Source: Aplysia californica (lineage: Eukaryota). From it: DNA of 64,000 bases. The position numbers and the translations under genes are program-made. Every line of letters starts with the position of its first letter. Positions within the stretch are counted from its first letter, which is position 1. Positions 1 through 10,000 of this stretch are shown here, piece after piece. The stretch lies in assembly GCF_000002075.1 (NCBI RefSeq), contig NW_004798220.1, positions 17,581 to 81,580 of the forward strand, written 5' to 3'. Under the pieces are notes generated by a model, which saw only the letters and a program-made list of their open reading frames with translations, had not been told where the DNA came from and did no database searches.

Positions 1-64
1 GGGGGGTGTATTAAATGAACCAACCAGTGTACCCATCTCGAAACAGTTCACGCAAATAGATTGC

Positions 65-2059
65 CTATCTTCCGTGTACACATTCTAGAGAAATCGACGA
101 CCAGAGTTCCTCTGGGCAATCCATTGTGTCGTCTTTGTAGAGCAGCTTTCTTTGAAACATCACAGGCAAGCCGAGCTTTTTCACTCGGTTTTTTCTGCTT
201 TGACCGAATCCTACAGCAGTAGACACAGTAACAAAGCTAAGGCAGGCTAGGGTCAGAGGTTGATCATATAAATCAGACACTAGCTTCGCACTGCTGTGGT
301 AATATGTTCTTAAAAAGTCCATCACTGCTTTCCTTTCCGGAAGTTTGGTGATGTCATCGTGGTGAAGGAACCAATTCAGAAGAAAATACCGTGCGACATC
401 CGTGTGCCCAGAGAGTAGAGCTACCATGAGGGGAGTTACAGGACCCAGCTTTGAACTTCTCAAGTCGTGCTTGGATGACTGCAGCGACGGATATGCCTCT
501 AATTTCAATAACTTTATCAATAAAGAACAGGGGATGTCTTTCCATAAAACCAAATGAAGGGATGGGCCAATAAACGGGTCTTTGTCAAGCAGTTTGTCAA
601 GTAGCTGCCATGAGTTTTCTCTTTCGGGACGAAAAAAACTTCGCATGAATTTTTCTATCACTCTGTTGCCGTATTTGTCACAAATCGTTACGTCAGACCC
701 TCGATCAACAAAGTTCTCAAACCACGTCAGTTTGTGGTACTCGAGAGCTAACATGGCCACCGTACAACCTTGATCATTTTGAAGATCCAAATCCGCTCCG
801 CGTTTTACAAGCAGATCAGTAGTATCAGGGGAGTTCCAGCGAGTTGACAACATCAAGGGCGACCAGCCGTTAGCATTCTGGTGATCAAGTTTACCCCCGT
901 TGTTCAAAAGATACTCAAGAAAAGAACTATGGTTGTAGGTCGCGGCTTCAGACACAGCTGTGTTCCCTTTCTTGTCCGTGTCCTCCAGTTTTGCTCCATC
1001 GGCCAACAACAACTTACCAATGCTTACAGAGCCTGTTCTCGCAGCCCAGGTTAATGGCGTGTCACCGTGGGCATTGTCGTGATGGTTTACGTCACTGCCG
1101 GCGGCGAGCAGAACATCAACAATCTCCTCATGGCTCTGCCGGCATGCACAGATAAGGGCTGTCAAACCAGCGCCGTTTTCTGCATTCACATCAGCCCCAG
1201 AGGCTATTAAAAGCTGCACTACTTGACTGTGCTTAGAGTATGCGGACAAAATCAGGGCTGTGTTTCCTTGCCGATCTGAATGATTCACATTTTCGCCTGC
1301 TTCGATCAGCATCTTACATATCTGCAGCATTCCCTGTTCGCTGGCTATACTCAGCAATGTTTTGTTATCTTTATCCATGAAACGACACGCAGCGCCAGCT
1401 TTAAGCAGTATTTCTACTATGTCAGTTCTTCTACACCGCAAAGCACAGGCTAGAGCTGGTCCATCATACCTTGTAATTGTGTCTAAGTCAGACCCAACAC
1501 CTGCTAGATACCGTACGATCTCTGTATGTCCTCGGCGAACAGCCAATGTTAAAGCAGAACTGCCTTTGCGCCAATTCATGGTGCTTGCTCCCAACTCAAC
1601 CAACATTTTCACAACTTCCAAATGACCTCCTTCAACTGCTTTGGATACTGGAGAAAGGTTATTCTTTTTAGAAGACATTGCAAACTTAGCCCCGTACTCG
1701 ATAAGACACTGAATTATTGGAGCATTGCCGATGTAGCAGGCTGCTGCAAGTGCGCTGGTTCCTCTCTTGTTTCGCAGCGCCACATTGGCTCCTGCAGACA
1801 GTAATGCCTCTACATTCTCCAACTTCCCTCCTTCTGCTGCTTTGATCAGTGCTGTACAGTTGCTCGCGTCTCGGGTGTTCACGTGAGCTCCGTGGCGTAG
1901 CAGACATTGCACACAGTCTGCAGTACCATTGCCAGCAGCAAACAAGATCAGGGGATTCGCATGACCTGCTCCAGCAGTCAGAAGATTGTCCAGTTCCTTA
2001 ATCTTTCCCTCCCGGATGGCTTCTTGCAGCCTCCAGTGAGGAGCATTAATTGTTGACAT
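65..2059 (-). CDS. Ankyrin-repeat protein (roughly 14 repeats) with C-terminal SOCS-box-like motif; ASB-like, CDS has no introns
   Basis: 664-aa ORF with repeated G-x-T-[AP]-L-x-x-A...G-A-x-V-N ankyrin units. C-terminal PLTLACLSFVTVS...VKKLGLPVMFQRKLLY (nt 137-259) resembles a BC-box plus Cul5-box. Confidence 0.9.
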   Translation of the reverse strand: MSTINAPHWRLQEAIREGKIKELDNLLTAGAGHANPLILFAAGNGTADCVQCLLRHGAHVNTRDASNCTALIKAAEGGKLENVEALLSAGANVALRNKRGTSALAAACYIGNAPIIQCLIEYGAKFAMSSKKNNLSPVSKAVEGGHLEVVKMLVELGASTMNWRKGSSALTLAVRRGHTEIVRYLAGVGSDLDTITRYDGPALACALRCRRTDIVEILLKAGAACRFMDKDNKTLLSIASEQGMLQICKMLIEAGENVNHSDRQGNTALILSAYSKHSQVVQLLIASGADVNAENGAGLTALICACRQSHEEIVDVLLAAGSDVNHHDNAHGDTPLTWAARTGSVSIGKLLLADGAKLEDTDKKGNTAVSEAATYNHSSFLEYLLNNGGKLDHQNANGWSPLMLSTRWNSPDTTDLLVKRGADLDLQNDQGCTVAMLALEYHKLTWFENFVDRGSDVTICDKYGNRVIEKFMRSFFRPERENSWQLLDKLLDKDPFIGPSLHLVLWKDIPCSLLIKLLKLEAYPSLQSSKHDLRSSKLGPVTPLMVALLSGHTDVARYFLLNWFLHHDDITKLPERKAVMDFLRTYYHSSAKLVSDLYDQPLTLACLSFVTVSTAVGFGQSRKNRVKKLGLPVMFQRKLLYKDDTMDCPEELWSSISLECVHGR

Positions 2060-3212
2060 GGCTCTGAACGACTACCACACCCTGGGGTGACGAAGGAATT
2101 CTCACTTGGTTAAGATTCGATGCTGTTGGGCCAAACAGAGTATTCATTATTATCTGACGATACTTATACATGTATAAATATGTATATGACATACTGTGCG
2201 ATTTTGACATTGAATGAGATATTGACCGGCAGGGACACAATATAAATATATANNNNNNNNNNNNNNNNNNNNNNNNNNNNNNNNNNNNNNNNNNNNNNNN
2301 NNNNNNNNNNNNNNNNNNNNNNNNNNNNNNNNNNNNNNNNNNNNNNNNNNNNNNNNNNNNNNNNNNNNNNNNNNNNNNNNNNNNNNNNNNNNNNNNNNNN
2401 NNNNNNNNNNNNNNNNNNNNNNNNNNNNNNNNNNNNNNNNNNNNNNNNNNNNNNNNNNNNNNNNNNNNNNNNNNNNNNNNNNNNNNNNNNNNNNNNNNNN
2501 NNNNNNNNNNNNNNNNNNNNNNNNNNNNNNNNNNNNNNNNNNNNNNNNNNNNNNNNNNNNNNNNNNNNNNNNNNNNNNNNNNNNNNNNNNNNNNNNNNNN
2601 NNNNNNNNNNNNNNNNNNNNNNNNNNNNNNNNNNNNNNNNNNNNNNNNNNNNNNNNNNNNNNNNNNNNNNNNNNNNNNNNNNNNNNNNNNNNNNNNNNNN
2701 NNNNNNNNNNNNNNNNNNNNNNNNNNNNNNNNNNNNNNNNNNNNNNNNNNNNNNNNNNNNNNNNNNNNNNNNNNNNNNNNNNNNNNNNNNNNNNNNNNNN
2801 NNNNNNNNNNNNNNNNNNNNNNNNNNNNNNNNNNNNNNNNNNNNNNNNNNNNNNNNNNNNNNNNNNNNNNNNNNNNNNNNNNNNNNNNNNNNNNNNNNNN
2901 NNNNNNNNNNNNNNNNNNNNNNNNNNNNNNNNNNNNNNNNNNNNNNNNNNNNNNNNNNNNNNNNNNNNNNNNNNNNNNNNNNNNNNNNNNNNNNNNNNNN
3001 NNNNNNNNNNNNNNNNNNNNNNNNNNNNNNNNNNNNNNNNNNNNNNNNNNNNNNNNNNNNNNNNNNNNNNNNNNNNNNNNNNNNNNNNNNNNNNNNNNNN
3101 NNNNNNNNNNNNNNNNNNNNNNNNNNNNNNNNNNNNNNNNNNNNNNNNNNNNNNNNNNNNNNNNNNNNNNNNNNNNNNNNNNNNNNNNNNNNGCACGCAT
3201 ACACGCAAAAAA

Positions 3213-3215
<3 letters not shown>

Positions 3216-3277
<62 letters not shown>

Positions 3278-3286
3278 ACACACACA
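3216..3286. repeat. (CA)n microsatellite
   Basis: Read directly; lies next to an assembly gap. Confidence 0.95.
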
Positions 3287-3671
3287 ATGGGTAAACACTG
3301 AACTCAGGCGATATTTCTCTGCTTTCTGCACATTGTGCACCTAAGGAAAACGACTCGTGACTTGGTATGCTTTTTATTAAACTTGTAATTGGTATTATAA
3401 TATTACTATGTTTCTATTTCCTTCCATTGGTCCATTGATCTTCTTTGAACGTTGACTTTCTGTGCTCCTGTGAATTCCTTTTCATGCAATTATTTAATAT
3501 TTATGTTCGTTTCTGGGAAAAGACTGAAGACTTACAGTTTGAAGAAAGATTAGAGTCAGAAATAACAATTTATTTTAAATATTTACTTATGAAGGAATAC
3601 ATTTGGGTATGTTTTACAATAAGGTTTTATGGGCCAAAATGATGATACACTTTCAATTCTTTCAGTTACTT

Positions 3672-3704
3672 TTCCGGCTCCTAGTTCTGGGTTCCGGATT
3701 CCGG
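3672..3704. promoter_or_regulatory. Three TTCCGG ETS-type motifs; candidate bidirectional promoter core for the ANK and GON7 genes
   Basis: ttccggctc...gttccggattccgg, about 65-100 bp upstream of the GON7 ATG. Confidence 0.4.
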
Positions 3705-3769
3705 CATTCGCCTTTTTGGTAAGTAAACTACTTTCGCTATTAAAGTGAAAGTGCACCCAGCATCGCGAC

Positions 3770-4022
3770 ATGACAACACTCAAACTGACGATCCATCTTC
3801 CTGATGGCACGGATCAGACTTTGTCTCACTCAGTTGTACGAGATTCAGGCGACTGTGTTTCCTATGAAAATCTTTGTACTTCATTCAGTAGCCTTCAGGA
3901 ACAGTCAAACAAGTATCTATCTGTTCTAGTTGAGGAAGAGAAGAAACGTAAACCAGCGCTTGGGCAAAGCAAGGGCAAAGCTTCAACTTCAAGTTCTGAA
4001 AACGGGAAGGGCTCTGAAGAGA
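3770..4022 (+). CDS. GON7: GON7-like exon 1
   Basis: ATG at 3770; donor gtaagt at 4023. Confidence 0.8.
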
Positions 4023-7000
4023 GTAAGTTAAGATTTTATGAAGACATTAATATAGGCCTAATATAAAGAAACTAACAGCTTTGAATGGATAGTTCTGTAG
4101 AGTCTATCTAGATCTACATATCTTACGACTTAAGTGTAAGAATTTCATTGATGATGAAATTATGATTATGACTGACAAGACTGTATGTCGAAGTCCATGC
4201 AATGCGCGGTCCATGACATAAGAAAACTAGATCTAGATCTAGATCTAGATCTCTAATGGCCAGCTCTATTCGGACTCAAGGTAGATTAGATTTTTTATCT
4301 ATTCGGACGAGTCCGAATATAGATTTCTAGATCTATAGGTCTAGTAGGTTTTGTAAATTTTTACTTTCTCTCCCGCACACAGACGCACTGCTTCGGTGGT
4401 CAAACTGCAGTACTGTTTGCTGCAGATCACACTTAAAGCCTCTAAAACTGTCGCAAATCAATTATTTTCTAGAAAATAGTCCAAAGCACGTCTAAGTCTA
4501 CTAGATCTAGACTCTATCTCTAGTATGAACAATCAGATATTTCAAAAACTATAATTTGCGACGGAAATGAAGTTGATATTAATGTTCAGCGCTTCAATAT
4601 TTAGTAGAAAATGGACAACTGGTAGAACTAAGTGTGAGACAGGAGGGAAAGTAAAAAAATACAGTTTTATCTATTCAGACCCAGGTCTGAAAAAAAATGT
4701 ATAGATCTAGAAATCTAGATATAATCTAGTTTTAAAATATTACAGCCAAATTCTGTTTTTCCGTGGGACAGCCCTCGTAGTACTAGTAGTGATGTTTCCC
4801 TTTTGCGTCCTTGTACGTGAGGACAAAAATGACCTGGTGATTGGCTGTTCACACCCAATTGTTCGACTTGCAACATTAAAAAATAAGCGCTTTTTTTTTT
4901 AAGGTCGCAATCAAATTCAGTCAGAATGTGCCATCATACATGGTAGCTTTTCACCCTCCATGGGGGAAAAAACCCGGCAGACCCCGACTCAATTTAACTG
5001 AATTCAATTGGCTGTGTGCACTAGGTAGGCCTATGTGACGCATTGAACAAAGTAACACACTATAATTTTCTCTCAGAAACAGACATTCTTCATCCCATTT
5101 CTGTCCAATAGAACTATATATATCTATCTCTTTAAAATTGGGAACACTATAAAATGCTAATTATAGAATTTATATGTCTGGCTGGGGTAAGGGTGAACGG
5201 GGGGAGTTAATGTTTTGGGCCAAGACTTTGTTAACCGAGTGTATTTCGTTAGTTTCTTAGCATTCTCATCCTCCGTAAAATTCCACGTAACTGAATGAGC
5301 TATCCTTTTGCCAGTCTGGAGTCTTGTCCAGGTATGGCTAAAGCAGTAAGTAAGTGGCAAATACAGTCGACTCCGCTTGTAGTGAACTCGCTTGAGTTAA
5401 TCCTTAGTTAGGTTGAACCTTTTTCTCAGGTCCCAGCACCTCTTTTTCTTTACTGTACTGTTCCCAACAGTCAGTTAAGTTGAACTTCAGATGAGTTGGA
5501 TCTATTTTTCACTCCCCTGATGACATCTGAGCCTCAACTCATCGACTGTAGAACACCAAACAGAACCATGGGTGTCTCAAATAATAGGCAATAAAGATTA
5601 GCACCATGCTGACAATACATGTAGGCTACTGCCATTAATTAGAGACAGCTTTTTAATTAATGATAAACATTTCAGATGTATAAATGTAGGCTACCCAGAG
5701 CTGTTAAAGTACTTTTTAAAAAGTACTTAAGTACAAATGTAAGTACAATCTAAAAAATGTACTTAAGTACAGTAAAAGTACTTTCCTATAAAATGTACTT
5801 GAGTACAAGTACTTTTTTAAAAAGTACTTATGAGTACATTTTGAGTACTTTCTGCTAATATGCTAAAACACTTCAGCGCTTATGCAAAACATCATATTTT
5901 ATAACTTATTCAGTATATTTGACAAATTAGGCTGTTTATTACTAAAAATGTAAACAGTATACAAAGCATTTGAATATACAATGTACGCACTGAACGGTGG
6001 AAATGGTCCGTGAAGTTGAACAAAAAACAACCCAAACGAACAGACGCAACTAGTGGGTAAGTGATATTATGAATAGAACTTGTTTGAGCAAGACAATGTG
6101 ATCAAATGTAAGTCAGTCCTAGAGGTCGGAAAGTTCTACAGAAAGAGTATCCAAATATTGAAAAATGTAGATACAAAGTTGCTCTTAAGAAAACATAAAA
6201 TTGATGAAAATGGCCCACATAGAAATGGAAAAGTGCATTGAATTCTTCATTAACAAATCCTCAAGGAATCAATGTAGCCTTAAGCAAAAACCACCCAAAA
6301 AAAGTTTAAAAGAAATTTAGGCAGCCTAAAAATTGTTAGATACACATTGAGAACACCGTTTCAGTTTCAATTGATTATAGTGGTCTAACAGATTTTGGTC
6401 ACACTGTGTAGTCCACGGCGCCAACGGCAAACCAAAATACAATAGTTTCCTAGAGTCTAGTAAGAGTAGTGTAACCAAAGATTCTCTACTGCAGTAGTCT
6501 CCGCCTAAGATCCCAGTGCTCGGAAGCAAGGAAAATATGGGATCCTAGCCAACGAAGCCAAGGAAGAATCTACAGTGACCCATAAACTGACGTGACCCTT
6601 GGGTGGATTTATGACATGGCAAGCAAAGAGTGGTCAACCTTGATGACCAATCACAGTGGCATGAGGCATGCCATAAATAATATTATATATACACACTCAT
6701 TAGCCTATCGTGAGTCTTGAGATCTTTATCTACGTTTATCCAGTTGCCCCTCCCCTTTACCTGTCCAACAATTTTATTGAGTCCCCCCCCCCCCCAACCT
6801 CCTTTGTCGTTACGCACCATTACGATGTGACCACACTAATTAAAATTCAGGTTGTCTCGCAAATTCGGGAAAAACTGCTTTCAATGGTCAGGGAAGAGTT
6901 CACAGTTTGATGTGATCCCGCCTGGAGCGAACTTGTAGGCCCTACCCACCCAGGGAGTGATGTAAGTTTAGGTGGTGAGGTCAGATGCGAGTGCGATGTT

Positions 7001-10000
7001 TGGGGAAAAGAAACGCATCGGTCAGTTCACACCTTGGTGTGATCTCGTCTGGAGCAAACACTGTACCGTTTCAAGAAGTTTTACAACGCTTGAGATCACA
7101 TTCACGATAGTGGCTGATCTTTGAGGCGACGGGCCGTTCTTTGATCTCAACTTTTAACTCTTGGCGGTTGATCGGGTTTTTGTTCCGTAAATTATGATCA
7201 GAAATGCCTGCACTTACCCTTTCATTAAGCTACCAAAGTACTCAAAATGTACTTTAAAAGTACTCAAAAGTACTTTTATAAAAAGTATCGGAGTACAGTA
7301 AAAGTACTGGTTTAAAAAATGTACCGGAGTACAGTAAAAGTACCGAAAATTGTAACGTAAGTACAAGTACAGGAGTACTTGTACTCCGATACTACCAGCT
7401 CTGAGGCTACCAATACCTTTCAAGACAGTCTTAACCTTTGTTTATTTTTACAATTATTATTAGGGAGTGCTTTTTTAGGCCACATATGGCCTAAATAAGG
7501 TAAGGGAGGGGGGGGTTTAGCTTATTTAGGCCACACATGCTCAAACTACCCTTTTCAGGCAACTGAGTTCGTTCCACTTTCATAATGGTGAACCTTTCTC
7601 ATTTAGTACGGTTTTGTCTCAGTGTACAACTTATAAATCATAATCATAATGATTGTAAAGAACAAAGCACAATAACGCAAAATTTTGCTCAATCCCAATG
7701 GTTTGATTGAGGGCCAGATTTTTCCTTCATGGAGGGGCAAAAGCTAGGCTACCATTTTGGCACACTTTGGTCAAGTGAAAAGGTCAAATCCTCCGAATGG
7801 ACTTCCGGGTTAAATTTGGGGTATAAAAAGTGTGTACACTACGTGGCTGAGTCAAAGTTACACTATCTTTACCTGAGTGACACTCTCTCGTACTGTCTCA
7901 TCGTAGTAGTACATGTAGTAGTAGTAGCAAAGATTGTGTAGAGAATCTTTGGTAGTAGATTCTATCATGTAGGCAGTTTTGTGACGTGCTCGCGGCGGGG
8001 CGAATCGGCCTTGATAAGCCCCGTAGACTTTTGTGATCGGCCACGAAGCCTGGTGTTTTCATGGGTCTAGATCTAGATCTAAACAACTCAGTGTTAATAC
8101 TGTTAATCGCACTGCATGCCACATCCGACAGGCCTAGATCTACATCTTTTTAAAAGGAAAAGAAAAATCATCAAAATGGTTGAATTCGCGTGAAAATCGA
8201 TTTGGTAGAACTAGAACTATTAAAATTTGCTTCTGAAAACAAGGCAATTTTTATACGAAGGCCGTTTTTATAACTCGATGAAATAAAAACTACTGGCTGT
8301 GTACTGTGTTATTCTGTATAAATTATGAAACTTCAGGACGTAGGCTATTATTATTTTCCAGCATCTTTTGACGCCTGAGCTGTAGAGGTTGAAGTTTTCA
8401 CAACACTAATAGATCTAGATCTAATAATTTAATAGGGCTTTCCGTAAAAAATGCATAGATCTACAAAAGCCGAACCACCGAATCGACCGGTCAGCGACCC
8501 GGGCACCTCGCTCTCCCCTGCACACTGATAACGTGTTACTTCGGTGTATCGCATTATTCAACTATTAATATATATGTGCGGCTATGGCAATTGGGATGTA
8601 CTGACTGACAAAAAATTCAGTTTTGTTTTTATTTTCCATATATTTGACTTTAATAGTGCAGGCGATAGCTAGATCTAGATTCCCTGTCTAGAATCAGTAG
8701 TAGCAGGCCTATGCTAGAAGCAGCCAGAGAGCCTACAACTGCTAGATCTAGATCTAATTGCTATGCCTTTGGGCTTTGGAATTGAAGTAAAACGAATTGC
8801 ACAGTTCTAGTTACTTTTAGATTCAGCAACTAACTGTATTTCCAGAGTTAATAATAACAAATCTCAGCATAACAATCACTTATACTTTTATTAGAATAAT
8901 TAGATCCAACTTTTTTTTCTAAAATCTGTTTTCCGCAAACTTAAGATTTTCTCTACTTGTAGAGCACAGAATTTACATTGTAAGCCTCTGCTCAGTCTTA
9001 ATATAGATCTAGATTTTATATATATATAGAGAGAGAGAGTCTATATTTATATATTTTTTATTTATTTTTTAAAAATTAAACTCTTTTTTTTTAACATGTC
9101 ATAAAATCAAATTTTGCCATTTTCTTTGATAAGAATAACATTAGCAGTGGACTTTTTAGACAGCGAGTCTCTGATTCAATATTTTAAAACAATATGCTAA
9201 TCAATGAAAATTGCAAATTGATAATAGTTTAGTCCTGTAGAGGATAGGTGGACTCCGGGGTCTGCAGAGCGAAATACTAGGTTTTAGGATGTGAACCCCA
9301 GTCACCGTAGTGAAATAAGGTTTGGTTTAAGTAAAGATTGGTGGACCCGGGGTCAGCGTAGTGATAAATAAGCAGGTTTAAGGTGGACCCTGGGCCCCGG
9401 GGTCTACCTAGCGAAATACTAGGTTTTAGGACAGGTGGACCCCAGGGTCACCTTAGTGAAATAAGTAGGTTTCTTTAAAGATTGGTGGACCCCGGGGTCA
9501 GCGTAGTGAAATAAGTAGGGTTAATTTTAAAAGGATTGGTGGACCTCGGAGTCACCATAGCCGTAGAGGAATAAGAAGGTTTAATTAAGGATTGGTGGAC
9601 CCCCGGGACACCTTGATTAAACCTACTTGTTTTACTACGGTGACCGCAGGTTCCACCTATTCTAAAACCTAACTAGTATTTCGTTAGGTAGACCCTGGGG
9701 TCCACCTTACACCTACCTATTTCACTACGTTGACTCCAGGGTCCACCAATCCTTAAAATTAAACCTAGATCTACATGTGCTTATTTCACTACGTTGACCC
9801 CAGGGTCCACCAATCCTTAATTAAACCTAGATCTACTGATTTCACTATGTTGACCCCGCGGTCCACCAATCCTTAATTAGATCAGTAGAATCTCGACCTT
9901 CCGAATCCATGGTTAGTTCAAGAAATCTACTATAAGATGTGGCCTAAATAAGGTAGTAAGGGAGGGGGGTTTAGCTTATTTAGGCCATATGTGGCCTAAA

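Noticed and set aside
2046-3340. Long ORFs of 300-400 aa in the track (also at 43012 and 50296; shorter ones at 35633, 40951, 49019 and 53084)
   Set aside because: Artefacts of N gaps and microsatellites (X runs, VCVC).
4023-4066. Unspliced 98-aa ORF 3770-4066 as the real product
   Set aside because: A consensus donor at 4023 and an in-phase downstream exon give a more family-like protein.
9247-9875. CRISPR-like appearance of the palindromic repeat array (also 47704-47795)
   Set aside because: Sequence between the cores is itself repeated rather than unique spacers, there are no cas genes, and the context is a spliced eukaryotic intron.
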